A stretch of DNA of 64,000 bases from Carcharhinus longimanus (lineage: Eukaryota), in the NCBI GenBank assembly GCA_030264375.1, contig JASCQW010000168.1, positions 12,167,988 through 12,231,987 of the forward strand. The letters run 5' to 3'. Positions 1-12,578 of the stretch are shown here, piece after piece (the stretch's first letter is position 1; each line of letters begins with the position of its first letter). The notes under the pieces were generated by a model that searched no databases, was not told the DNA's origin, and saw only the letters and a list, made by a program, of their open reading frames with translations. A program made the translations under genes and the position numbers.

Positions 1-100
1 CCCAATCAGTGTCCTTCAGCTCCCTCCTAATCCGGCTATAGCTCGCCTTCCCCCAGTTCAGCACCCTCCCCTTCGGATGGCACTCATCCCTTTCCATTTT
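1..100 (-). mobile_element. CR1-type LINE ORF2 fragment
   Basis: Minus strand reads MERDECHPKGRVLNWGKASYSRIRRELKDTDW, like the CR1 EN-RT linker (VLNWGKANY...VDW). Confidence 0.7.
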
Positions 101-1741
101 TATCCTAAAGTAGACAGAATGTGGGAGATTCATTTTGAAAGTCCTGCTGTGAACAATTTGACATTAAATCTGTCAACTCTTCAAGTAGTAAAGTTAACTG
201 AAACAAGTTGGAGGGGTAACTTTGTTTTCTGTCTAACTATTTGTTTTTCAAGAGTTGATGCAGAGATGCAAGAGTGGAAAAACATTCCATTTCCTGCATT
301 GAAATCTCCAAGTTGCTGAATTTTTAGCTTCACGTATTTGGAGAAAGAAAACATTATCTTTTCCTCCATTCTTTGCTCTCATTTTCAAAACAGTAAATAA
401 ATAATCTAGATGGAATGGCAGACTTCTCAATTTCCAACAATATTACCCTTCGCTAGATTTATCTACCCAAGAAGGCAGGCTGTCCTCAATATTGTAACCT
501 CGATAAAGAAATATCATCTTTAATCTGATCAAAACTTGGGAGGTCCAGTGTAAAAATACAGTAAGTGGTGTATGAAAAGGCAACATCTTTCTTATTTTCC
601 CTGAATTAATGTGCCACTTTGCATATTTGATTGAATGCTGTAATTGAACTCCAACTATATCATTGGGCTTGAATGAAATTTGGTTCAGCCTATTTCATTC
701 TTTGTATTGTGATTTCCTCTATAGAAGAGTACTTAGCTGATTTTATAGGTACACGTGAAGGTGTTTTTAAAAATACATCATTTGACAGCTTTACAAGCTA
801 TTGAAACTTTTATCTATAGCTGTGTCAGCAGCAGATAAAAACTCTGAGCTAATGATATATGTTTATTGCATAATCAATTTTGTGAATCATTATTAATAGT
901 TCTTTAAAATTCAGCACAGGCGGCAGCTTTTAGCTTTTTTATGCATTGTTTACAAATGTTTGCTGATATTGAAAATCATATAAAATATGCAGGAACAGCA
1001 AATAAAATGTAGGGTTTTCTAATCAGTGTTTTTGCACACAGCTGCATAATAAAGTTTGTAGAGAGGTAGTTTACAAGGTCCTTAAATAAAGCCTGTGGTT
1101 GATAAACTGATTTGTGTTTTTGATCCTCTGGCATTTAAAAGAACGACGTCGAGAATAGCTGTTTTTAACTGGAACTAACTTGGAATCAACCAAAAAAGCT
1201 CACTTCAGAAGGTAAAAGAAAAAAGACATATTTTCACAATTATGAAATCTATAAGATGATTATGTTGTGAGGGCTATATGTTTTCATCTATCGGAATGTT
1301 ACAGTTTAGGACAGTATCTCTAAATTTTGGGTAAATGAAAGAAGTCATGAGACATGCTGGAATCTGCCTGAACGTAAACGCGGGTTTACTTTCAAAGGAG
1401 GGTTCCATTTGTTCTATTGAGAGGGAGGCGCCAGGAACTTGCACTTGATGACAAAGAGTGTACTCTCTAAGTCCGCAGCAAGGGGACCCTTGAATGTCCT
1501 GAGGCCCAGAAAAGGGAAGTCAACTCCTGTCATCCACGATCCCCCCATCATGAATTTACTTACCCATGTGAATGTGTATATACACCAGGTCGCAATCCGT
1601 GGCCCCAAAACTTTGCTCATTTGTGATTTAAACTAAAATGTTAAGACTGTGTTAAACTCTCAACTTTTCCATCTGGAAAACACACACTACACATGCACCA
1701 TTTCTGCACATGTACATGTTTACTGTTCATAAAATTATCCT

Positions 1742-2600
1742 AGGCAAGATTTTGTGGGAATGGAACCACTGTGAAGGATGGAAGTTGACTGTGATTGATT
1801 TCAGGTTGTAAGAAGTTTTGCTGGAACTTTCCCTTTTATGCCTAAGATGAAAGGGAATTATGATCAGAGATAAATAACATTCTACTTGGGTTCAAAGCCA
1901 ATGTGTGGATCTTGAGCCCACATTCTGTGTCTGGAATCTCGCCAGAGGCATCACAATTTTGAATTTTCTAATCAGGTTCATGCCCATAACTGATGAGAAC
2001 CTGATTGGCATTCATTTTAATAAATTTAAATCAAATTAAACATCCCTGTCACCAGATCTTCTTCCCTTACTAGATTTTTGTCACGCCAGTGAGGTTTACA
2101 ATGGGTTCACCTAGACATTAACCTGCCATGGGGATCCCCTGGGGGGCACAATGGTTAGTATAGCCCCCAGGGGAGATGGACATAGCAGGTAGCCCTAGCA
2201 TTCCTCCCTGGCAATGCCCTTTATGACTGCTCCCCTGGGCCAGGGGACAGTGGCAGGGACAGGCCCTAGAGGGAACCTCATGTAGGGGTACTCATTTATT
2301 TGTGGTGGTGGGGGGAGATGGGAATGTCAGTGATGATGGAGAAGCAGGGCAAGACCACAGAAATCTCCATGGTGGAGAGTGGGGGAACATAAATCTTTCT
2401 CCAGTTATCAGTGCGTCCCTTTAAAAAGGGTGCCCCAATTTCAGTGGAGCCAGTTCCCAGCTCGAAGAGTCCCACCTGTCTAGAGCACAAACCACACCCG
2501 GTCTTTCTTTGCAGTTAAAGTCACAAGATCTAGAGAGAAAACTGGCCAGTTTTCTCACCAGAATTGACACTCTGCCAAATTCTCATTAGATTCCACACAA
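1742..2600. mobile_element. Degenerate non-autonomous DNA-transposon-like element
   Basis: GC-rich core. The right part (ctttaaaaagggtgcccc...gccagttttctc) resembles 37700-37918. Confidence 0.45.
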
Positions 2601-3075
2601 TTTGTTCCCAATTACCATGGTGAAGAGGATGGAAGAGACCAATTTGTGGTTTAGTTATATATCTCCCTCTCTAGTGAGACATATCACAGAGGACAGTGGT
2701 AGTCTGCAACTGACTGAAAGGAGGAGAGTAAGGAATTGTGTCAGCCAAGCCTGCACCTTAAGCAGAGAAAATGCTGACCCTATCATTCAGCACGCAGAAT
2801 GCAGGTGAAGATCGATTTTGTGAGAAATCAAAACTAGGTTGGACTGTTAGCGTCGCTCACACAATAGGGTGAATCGCGAAGAAAATTTTCACTGTACAGG
2901 TAATATTGTGAAACAGAAAGAACAGGAGTAAACCCTTTGGAACTGCAAATCACTTTAGTTTTAAAGACCAAGTAACATAAAATTAGGATTTTCAGCTGTT
3001 ATTAAAAGTAAAGGGGGCTAATTAATTTTGGTAATTTAGAGGGAAGTAGTGTTTAGCTGGTGTTTAGTTAGTGTT

Positions 3076-3178
3076 CAGCTCTGATAAATGGTCATCCTGA
3101 CTCAAAATCTTGGCTCTATTCTCTCTCCAGAGATGCTGTCAGACCTGCAGAGATTTTCCAGCATTTTCTGTTTTTGTT
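3076..3178 (+). mobile_element. Penelope-type short repeat tail with degenerate hammerhead motif
   Basis: ctgataaatggtcatcctgactcaaaatcttggctctattctctctccagagatgctgtcagacctgcagagattttccagcattttctg. A related copy lies on the opposite strand at 5931-6038. Confidence 0.6.
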
Positions 3179-4261
3179 GAGTTAATAGTGTTCTTCGTTT
3201 TTAGTCATTTGATGCAGTAAAAGTTTTAAGATGTGAAACCTTGTCAAGCAATCTTCTTTCAGCCTTGTTGTGCATCCTCCTTTCAGCTACAAACTGGAAA
3301 TTCGAGCTTTTTAAACCATTACCAGTCTCTACAGAGATCGTAACAAAATAAAACTACACATGTTACTATATCCAAGTTGATAGATCATTTAGAAATCTAT
3401 TAACAAAAGTACTGTTTCTTTCTTGCTTGCAATAATTTGTTTTCTCCTTCTCCTCTTTCAAGAAATTGCAATTAGCTATTAATATTATGAACATTTGCAT
3501 GCTGTGTTTTATTATGGTCTGTATTTGGATGTTCCTGTAAATTTTGGTGACTGGCATCTTACTAGGTGAGTTAGGTCTGGGGTGGCAGTTACAGATGCTG
3601 TGGACAGAGAGCACCGACACTCAGTGGAAATGAAAGCTTGAATGTCCTCCTGGACATTGGTCCAGAATAGAGAACGGGAGCTTTGTTCACACATGCCAGG
3701 GCTATCATGGAGTTTGAAATCTGCATCACTCAGATGGGAATGATACTACTAGGATGCAGGTTCACTCAATACGGTGCTACTATATTCAGTATAAAGTTCC
3801 TGGCAAATGTGCTTATTCTAACATAATTGACCGTAAGTTAACTTGAAAGAAACTTCTTTAGATGTAGCCATTGTTAACCTTCAGCAAATAAGTGTTAAGA
3901 TCAGAGAATATTAACCAGTATATAATTAAGATAGCCAGGAATAAACAATGGCCACAAAGCACAGTAGCGGGAATTGGGAAATATCTATCAGTGATAGCTT
4001 TGTTAAGGTCAGAAAGCTCTCACCTCCAGCATAGTACAGCATTAGCTAATGTTCAAACAACCCTAATTGGTTTGCTTGTATAAAACAAGGGGCTTTAATG
4101 TTTTAAAATGAAAAAGTATTCAAACATTAATGAATAAAGTGGTTACTAGCAAAATGCATGACAAAAAGGTGTCCTTAGAAATAATTTGGGATTTGTATTA
4201 TACAAGGACACATATATAAAGCAAAAAAGAGGATAAATGTTTAAACCTTAAGGGTATTTTT

Positions 4262-4410
4262 AAAATTCATTTATGGAATATGAGCATCACTGGTTAGGCT
4301 AGCATTTATTGACCATACTTAATTGCCTTTGAGGAGGTGCTGGTGAGCCTCCTCCTCCTCCTTAATTGCTGTGGTCCATGTGTAGTGTGGGTACACCCAT
4401 AATGCTGTTA
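4262..4410 (-). mobile_element. LINE 3' tail fragment (family of 59103-61190)
   Basis: catcactggttaggctagcatttattgacc...aattgcctttgaggaggtgctggtgagc is shared with 5105, 30455 and 59103. Confidence 0.7.
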
Positions 4411-4664
4411 ATTTGTTGATACTGTTTGAAAGGTTGATTCTTAAAACGTTTTGAAGTGAAATGTGTGCTGCAGCTTGCAAATTATCTCCAGTGGAAGGCT
4501 AACATGGAATATATGGTCAGGAATACATTGGGACTGGTAAAAGATGATAATTTGGAAAAAAACATTAGTGAAGATGCATCCTGCATGAATAATACCTGAA
4601 AATACTTTTCGTATGTCATCTGAAGGCTGGAATTGCATTGCAGCAGTAAAATTACTGAGAACGA

Positions 4665-4930
4665 TAGAATCTCACTGCGTCATCCACATAACCTCCCGCA
4701 TTTACCATAGCTAATCCACCTAACCTACACATCTTTGAATATTCAGAGACAATTTAGCATGGACAATCCACTTAGCCTGCACATCTTTGGACTAGGGAAG
4801 AAACTGGAGTACCCAGAGGAAACCCATGCAGACACGGGAAGAATGTGCAAACTCTGCACTGAAAGCTGGAATCGAACTCATGTCCCTGGTGCTGTGAGGC
4901 AGCAGTGCTCCATGTGTCACCATGCCACCC
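4665..4930 (-). mobile_element. tRNA-derived SINE (HE1/V-SINE-like)
   Basis: cctgcacatctttggact...ggaaacccatgcagacacgggaagaatgtgcaaactc, with a tRNA-like head on the minus strand. Multiple copies in the window. Confidence 0.85.
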
Positions 4931-5104
4931 TATACTTCTACTATCTTATTGTTAATATTCATAGTTTCAGTTTCATGTGCTTTTATATTTGGTCATTCTT
5001 GATCCCAGGAATATCTAGATAATCATATTTGTGGTTCTTCTGTAAGAATGTCTTTGGTCAAATAATTGTGGAATTATTAGTATAAGTTTTCAGGAAATAA
5101 TATT

Positions 5105-5765
5105 TGTATTCATTTATGGAATATGGGCATTGCTGGCAAAGCCAGCATTTATTGCCAGTCCATAATTGTTCTTGAGAAGGTGGTGGTGACTCATCTTCTT
5201 GAAGCACTGCAGCTCATATGGTAAATTACTCCCACAGTGCCTTTACGGAGGAAGTTCCAAGATTTTGACCGAGCAACTGTGCAGGAGCAGCAATGTATTT
5301 CCAAGTTAGGACCCTTTGTGCCTTGGAGGTAGTGGTATTTCCATGTGCCCAATGTTCTCCAGCTTCTTTGTGATGGAGGTTACAGATTTGGGCGGTGTTT
5401 TTGCAGAAGTTTTGGTGAGTTTCTAGAGTGGCTCTTACAGATGGGATACATTGCAGCCATGTCATGCAAGCGGTGGAGGGAATTAATGTAAATTGTAGTA
5501 AATGGAGTGTTATTCAAGTAAGCTCATTTGTCCTGAATTGTGTTGGAATTCTTAAGTGCTGTTGATGCTGAGAATATTCCATCACTTGCCTGACCTGTTC
5601 CTTACTGTTGTTGGAAAGGATATGGGGAGTCAGAAAGTGAGTCAATTGCCTCAAAAAAAACAGCCTCTTATTGGCTATGCTAGACACAGGTTTTGTGTGT
5701 TAAGTTTCTTGTCATTGATTACCCCAGATGGGAGGAATCTGGTGATAGTTATATCATTGAATGTT
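5105..5765 (-). mobile_element. LINE 3' fragment (family of 59103-61190)
   Basis: Colinear similarity to 59103-60070 (gccagcatttattgcc...ttccaagttagga...tattccatcac...ccccaga). Confidence 0.8.
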
Positions 5766-5784
5766 AAGTCAAGCTGCAAGCTGC

Positions 5785-6095
5785 ACGCCATCCTCACTTG
5801 GAACAATATTGCTTGATGAAAATCCTGGAACTCCCTCCCAAATATCATTGTGGTGTACTTGCAATTCAGGGACGGCACTGATCAGGAAGACAACTCACCA
5901 CCATCTATTTAAAAGCAATTGGGAATGGACAATCTGAAGCACAATCAGACAATGCTGGAAAATCTCAGCAGGTTGGACAGAATCTGTGGTGAGAGAATAG
6001 AGCCAACGTTTCGAGTCTGGATAACTCTTCTTTAGAGCCCGTAGACAGTAAATGCTGGCTCAGACAACGATGTCCACATCCCATAAATGATTTTT
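5785..6095 (+). mobile_element. LINE 3' tail, same family in opposite orientation, interrupted at 5931-6038
   Basis: aaaatcctggaactccctccc...ctcaccaccatct...gcaattggga...aaatgctggc...ccacatccca. Confidence 0.75.
5931..6038 (-). mobile_element. Penelope-type short repeat with hammerhead-like motif
   Basis: Reverse complement reads gctctaaagaagagttatccagactcgaaacgttggctctattctctcaccacagattctgtccaacctgctgagattttccagcatt. Confidence 0.65.
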
Positions 6096-6209
6096 TTTTA
6101 AATGCTAACTTTTTATGTTCCTGGTATGAGTACATCCAAGTCCATCTGAACATCAATATTTGAAGTTTAATCTCTTTTTTTTAAATATTCTGCTTTTTTA
6201 TTCTTACCA

Positions 6210-6370
6210 TGCAGGTAAATAACCTTGCACTTTGCCACATTATACTCCATCTGCCATTTGTTGTTTGCTCACTTAACCCTTCTAAATCTCTTTGCAGCTT
6301 CTCCATGTCCACCGCACAGTTTATGTTCCCACCTAACTTTGGATCATTTGTCAACTTAGATATCTACTCT
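6210..6370 (-). mobile_element. CR1 LINE RT fragment
   Basis: aaccttgcactttgccacattatactccatctgcca...cccacctaactttggatcatttgtcaac, the reverse complement of the KFADDTKLGG...WQM..N..KC region. Confidence 0.65.
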
Positions 6371-6479
6371 GTCTGACTTAGTCAAGATGTGCTAGTTCCA
6401 ATTTTTAGCACGCAAGCAGATCTGCAGTGCAGCTTCACGGATTGGCTTCTTATCTTTTAGATCTGCCTTTTGCTTATCT

Positions 6480-6975
6480 TCTAGCACGCTTTTATTCCCT
6501 GGCTTGATGGTAATGGTAGAGTGAGGGGTATTTCAGGTAATGAGATTGTGGTGGAACACAATGCAGCTTTAGCTGAGAGCTCATAGTGCCTTATGAATGC
6601 CTGGTCTTGTGCTGCTGGATCTATTTGGAATCCATTCCATATAGCATGGTGGTAAAGACACACTAGAGTGGAGGATGCCCTCTGTAAGGTACTGGGATCT
6701 GTCTTAGCAAACACTTTCCACTGTCATTTCTACCAGTACTACAATGGGCAGATCCATCTGTGACATATTGTCAAAGACAAGGTCAAGCAGGTTTTTCCTT
6801 CATATTGTTTCTCTCACTTGCGGCAAGCCCATTCAGACAGCTATATTCTTCAGGACTTGGCCAGTAATGGTGCTCCAGGGTCACCCTAGAGAATGGACAC
6901 ATGGAGAAGTCCTCCACCCAGAGTACATTTGGTATTCTTGCAGCCTTCAGTTCTTCTTCCAAGTTGTGTTCTGTA
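6480..6975 (-). mobile_element. LINE endonuclease-domain fragment
   Basis: Colinear with 60680-61180 (gtaatggtagagtg...gagattgtg...catctgtg...ccagagtacatt). Confidence 0.75.
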
Positions 6976-7074
6976 TTGACGAGAATTTACACTTCATTGT
7001 GAACAAAATAGATAGTCAAATATCTAATATTTAGATGTAAATAGATCAGAGTTGCATTGAAAAAAAACTGTGAA

Positions 7075-7790
7075 TTATACTGTAAGTGGCAGAACCCTTA
7101 GGAACATTAACATAGGGATCTGGGTGTGCAGGTTCACAGTTCCCTGAAAATGGCAGTTGGCCAAAGTGATTAAGAAAGCATGGCACGCTTGCCTCCATCA
7201 GCTGGGGCATTGAGTACAAGAGTTGGGAAAACATGTTACAGTTATATAAAACCTTGGTTAAGCCATACTTGGAGTATTGCTTGCAGTTTTTGTCGCCACA
7301 CTCAGAAGGACATGGAAGTTTTGGAGAGAGTGCAAAGAAGGTTCACCAGATGTTGCATCATCTCAAGAGTGTTGACTATGAGGCAAGGTTAATAAACTAG
7401 GATAGTTTTCACTGGAAAGACGGAGGCTCAGGGGAGACCTGATAGGAGTCTACAAAATTATGAGAGGCATAGACAGAGTGGATAGAGGCTTTTTTTCTGG
7501 GATGGTCAATTATAGTCAATTACAAGGGGGCACAGGTTCAAGGTGAGAGGGGGAAAGTTTAAAGGAGATGTGCGGGGCACAGAGTGGTGGTTGCCTGGAA
7601 TGTGCTGCCAGAGGAGGTGGTGTAAGCAGGCACATTCGCAACATTTAGGAGGCATCTGGATGGGTATATGAATATGGAGGAAATAGAGGAATATGGACTG
7701 AGTAAGGGCAGAAGGTTTTTTTTAGTTTAGTTAGAGCATCATGATCGGCACAGGCTTGGAGGGCTGAAGGGCCCACTCCTGCGCTGTACT
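7075..7790 (+). mobile_element. CR1/HER1 LINE 3' end
   Basis: Frameshifted ORF2 C-terminus (YKTLV.P.LEYC.QF..PH.QKDMEVLERVQRRFTR...LRGDLIGVYKIMRGIDRV) plus 3' UTR. Confidence 0.9.
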
Positions 7791-7949
7791 TTTTAAAATT
7801 CTTTTCTCTAACCTGACATGGATCAAGTTGAATCATAAAGCTGGTGGATATTCAACAACCTAAGAATAAAGAACCATCCCAGATAAATCCGGCAATTTGT
7901 ACAAACTTTTAATGGCCAAGAATATTTTAGTAAATTGAATAAATATCTT

Positions 7950-8300
7950 TAGTTAACAGCACTAACAGTACAGCTATTTGATTTTCCCTTTATACATTCC
8001 TCAAACTTCTTTTTCAAGACTTGAGCTACCAATACTAAATACTCCTCATTATCCATACATTGCGAGCTTCAATGGTGTCATATTTAAGAATTCAGCACCT
8101 CTATGTATACTCATATGTGGATGATTGGTTAGTCAGAATAGGGGCTTGGGGGAGGGGTACGCTTTTAACTACGTACTCACTATATTGCAGTAACTTGGCT
8201 TCATCTGGATCCCATTTAAGGTGTCATGTTTCAGAGTGCACAATCCTGCGTTACACAAAATAGAGTATTCTTCCCTTTGGCTGATGCACAGAAATCAGAA
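7950..8300 (+). mobile_element. Possible DIRS-like retroelement RT relic
   Basis: LFQDLSYQY*IL followed by MVSYLRIQHLYVYSYVDDWLVR, resembling the DIRS YQY..LPFG and YLR..G....YLDDWLI motifs. Confidence 0.45.
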
Positions 8301-8859
8301 TCCTATATCCTCCCCATATAGGAGTCATTAATTTACTTCTGAATGCTCTAGTGGTAGCAACCATCTTTGCAGCCCTCAACATATGGTCATTTGAGAATCC
8401 TTCAGGCAAGTCCTGGTCTTGCTTCAGGCTTCATGTGTTGCATTTATTGCAAATGGGTGCCAGCTCATGATGATCATTGGTAGAGTAAAAAAAAATGATC
8501 TCATGTAGGAAGTTTAACTCCAAATATGTCTCATGTAGCAATTGTAGTGATAGTAGACCCCATACTAGGCTGAGATCCACTTTCCCAAAAGAAGTAACCA
8601 CAAAGTGGTTAAGTGAAAGGGAAAAAAATATCATATTACATGTGTTTCGAGTTCCAGGTGGTGGGGCTGCAATAATTAATTACTTGTCTGAGGCACATGA
8701 CAGATTCATATCCATGGACAATTCTTATTTTCTTAATATCCCAAAATATATTTTCTCCTTTCTCATCCTCAGGATGCCTCAGAAGACATTCTCAGAGCAG
8801 GAATCATCCCCTCTCTCTGTTAACCTCTTCCTGGCTACAACAGCTTGGTTTTCAAACAC

Positions 8860-9400
8860 TTTGATTTTACCACTGCGCCCTGCTGGCAAGATCGCATGAG
8901 AGCCAAGAAATTGGGCTGGGGTCAGATTTCTTGCCTCACGCAATCATATCGGCACCAGGTATTCTGCATGATTAGCTTCATGCCCATTCCTGGGATGAGG
9001 CTGAATAAATTATTTAAATGAATTTAAATCTAGTTTTAATGTGATTAGTGAGCCTGGGATGTTATCATCCAGGCTCACTTGCCTTTTTGGCCTCACCAGG
9101 ACAGGTTCTGTCTGGCAAGAATCATAGCTGGTCCCCTGCAAGGCGGGGCCAGATATTATGTTCTCGCCAGTAGAACCAGAGGCCGTTGAGGCCCCCTCGG
9201 GAGGTCAGGGGCAAGGGGAATGGTGCCCCTCGGGCAGTGTCTGCCTGGCACTGCCCACCGAGCATCTGAGGGGATGGGGCCAGTCCAAGGGTGGGTGATT
9301 GGTGGGGAGGGGACCACTGTGCACTCTGCATTAGAAATTAGGGGAGAGGGAGAAAGGGGGGGCCCACTGTCACTCTGCATTAATGGTCGGTGGGCTGGTT
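8860..9400. mobile_element. Degenerate non-autonomous DNA-transposon-like repeat
   Basis: GC-rich, with an AT-rich spacer (atttaaat) and a gtgccc/ggcagtg core similar in layout to 1742-2600. Confidence 0.4.
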
Positions 9401-10522
9401 CATCCAGCAGTAACAATCCTCAGTTGCAAGCAATAAAAGTAAGAAAGTAAATCAAAGAGGTTTAATAAAGAAACTTCATTATACCAACACTCAGGCCATG
9501 ACATGGGCCACACAAAACTCCTTACAGTCGCCATCTGGTTTCTTTTTAGACCTGGTCAGCTGACAACAACATTTTGCCAGTGGTTACATTGTCTACTGGG
9601 TTAGCTAGTACAACAGATTCAAAAGTTATCAATGGTTACATCATAACAGGGGAATGGAGGGGGGCCTGCTGTCAGTCTGCAATGCCATTGGTGGAGGGAA
9701 GGAGGAGGGGATCTGTCTAGGTGGGTGTATAGTCGCAGGGGACGATTGGGCGGATGGGGAAGGGTGTTTGTTTCAGGGGTCAATTAGTCTGGGCAGGGGT
9801 AGGAGGGTCCCGGGGCTAGATGTGTCCAGGGGTCACAATAGGTAGCTGGGGATGGGGTGCCTGCTTTAGATCGTGGAGCCCAACTGAGAGAGGCAAAGGC
9901 TGAGTGACAAGATTCTCCGCTTTCAGAGCATCCGCACTGCCAACCTCAGTTGCTCTCAGCCAGTGTTCGGGCAATTTAAGCCTTGCCCCCTCCTCCCCCA
10001 TTTGCTCAAAGTGCATTGAATTGCAGATTTGGACTCACCCAAACAATGGATCAGCAACTCTCCCACTTTCACACTTGTTCTGGACTTAGAACGTTTTCAT
10101 AAGATCGCTCCCTTTGTCTTTCAAGCAGATCTGCTATAGCAGATGGAAGATCAGATGGAGTGTACACTTATAACTGGAGTACTTTGATCAATGATGTGGT
10201 TGCTGAACAGCAATGGCAATTAACAAAAGGGTTTTCACTAATGAATTTTACCAATGATTAGTATAAAACAAAAAATGATGGAAGTATTAACAAGTCCACC
10301 AGCATCTATTGAATGAAAAAATTGCTTAAGGCTTAATGTTTCTTCACAATCAAAAGAAAACCAATCTCCATTGAGGAATGAGGATGAAAATAAATGAAAA
10401 GAGCAGAAAAAGGGATTACCTATGGCAATCCGAGGAAGTGAATGCTTTAGTAGTGTTGTCACTTCGAAGGTCACTCATTGAGGCTTCAGGCAATAATTGA
10501 TTTATTAACAACAGTATGTATT

Positions 10523-10645
10523 GGGTACAATCTTACCACCCATTCAAACCATGCTTTTGCTGCAGTGAAGACAGAGATCTTGGCAACAAGCGAAATCTCC
10601 GTTCACAGCAGTGGGATGGGAGAATCCCACGGCATGAATGGTCTC
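10523..10645. mobile_element. MITE-like fragment next to the truncated Gypsy LTR
   Basis: gcgaaatctccgttcacagcagtggga...gaatcc resembles gccaaatctccattcacagccatggga...gaatct in the MITE at 36462-36584. Confidence 0.5.
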
Positions 10646-12373
10646 AATGCTGTAATGCTCCTTCAATGAATACCAGGGTGAGTAGATGCAAAAGGCAAAC
10701 TTATCCATCCGGGATCGACATCCTCCTCAGTAGCTACAGCCTCTTCAGATTACAAAACCTTTGATTACCTCAGCTCCACATTATATAAGGATCCCAGGAT
10801 TGCCACTGATGCATATGAGTTCACGGCATCAGGCCAGTTCTCTCCCTGAAATGATCCATATGCTATTTTAAACAACAACCTTGTACTTCTGCAACATAGG
10901 AAACTTGTCACAATTTTGCCAGCCACCCAGTCGATCTAGCTGCAAAGTTTCTGGCCACGACTAAATCATGAGATTGGAAAACTCTGTCCCCTTTTCTTGA
11001 GTCATTATTTTCTTTCTAGCAGGTGCCTAGGCCCTGCATGCCCGCCAAATATGGAAATACCAAATCCAAACAGGCCTAAGTGGCTTCACATTAGTAATTC
11101 AGCTTCTTTAACCCTTGGGGTCGCACTCGGCGTGGTGTTGTATGGCAGTAAGACTCTCCAAACATAAAGGCCTTGGATTATGAACTTGCTTTTACGTAGA
11201 TGACTTGAACGTTTATAAGTTCATTCTGCTAACCCACAGGAAGCTGGGTGACACAGAGCTGACCGAATATGGCAAATACGTTTGACTTAACAAATTTTCA
11301 AAACGCCGCTGATATAAATGCTGTGTCATTGTTTGACATATAGACTTCTATGAAGGCATGGACAATAAAAATCTGCTGCAATTTGTCAGTGGTGGCTGTA
11401 GCCATTGCAGACTTCTTCAATAAGACATCTAGCCACTTAGAGTGAGCATCAACTAGGATGGGGAACATATGTCCCATGAACCATCATATAAAGTTTAGAT
11501 GCAGTCTTGATGATGCCCGACCCACACACTCCCATAGGTGCATATTTACCTGTGGTGACAATGATTGCTGAGCTTCACAACTTGAGCACTTACTGACCAT
11601 TCTTTGATTTATTTATTGATGCCTGACCACCAAATGTAACTTCAGGCTAGAGCTTTCATCTGACTTTATTGCCCCATGATAGCAAGCTGCCCTTACGTGT
11701 TACCTCTATTCTACACTGCCAGTAAGGTTTCATTTGTTCTGATTTATCGTGTCTCTATCCTTGCATCATTATGCACTTAACCTTTGATAACACTGGGTCC
11801 CTTCGGTCCAAGTTTTCATATGAATAACTGAAACTGGCAAAGTATCTATCAGGTGCACTGTTTCTTGTGGTGTAGGTTGTGAAGGTATTGTTTGCAGCAG
11901 ACGGAGGAAGCTGAGTGTGTCTGCATTCAGTATTTACATCCCAGGCCTATGCTGGAAAGAGTACTGTAAACAGCTAGCAATAGAGCCCATCTCTGCACCC
12001 TAACAGAGGCAATTGGTAGCGTTGGTTTATCCTCTCTGAATAAACTCAACAACCTGTGGTCTGATAATATGATGAAATGTCTACCATATAGATGAACAGA
12101 TGAAACTTTTTCATCACATAATTTACTATTGGATTCCTTTGCCAATTTGAAAAAACCTTTTCTGAGCATTTAATAAGATTCTTGACACAAATGCAATTGG
12201 TCTTTTGGGCATCTTTAGGGACAAGACTACTCCCATTACATACGGTGATGTGTCACAGGTAGCTCTCAATTGTTTTGTTGGATCAAAGTGTACGAGCAGT
12301 GCCAATGACTTAAGAATTGCTTTACTTTTGCAAACGCTTCTTTTTATTCTTCTCCCCATTTTTATTGCTGATG

Positions 12374-12578
12374 CTTCTTTACTCAGAGTAGTAAGGGCAT
12401 GGAATGCCCTGCCTGCAACAGTAATGGATTCACCAGCATTAAGGGCATTTAAATGGTCATTGGATAAACACATGGATGATATAGGAATAGCGTAGGTTAG
12501 ATGGGCTTTAGATTGGTTTCACAGTTGGTGCAACATTGAGGGCCTAAGGGCTTGTGCTGCTCTAATGTTCTATGTTCT
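12374..12578 (+). mobile_element. CR1 3' end nested in the Gypsy RT/RNase H junction
   Basis: ttctttactcagagtagtaagggcatggaatgccctgcc (FFT..VVRAWNALP) with a tgttctatgttcta tail. Confidence 0.85.
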
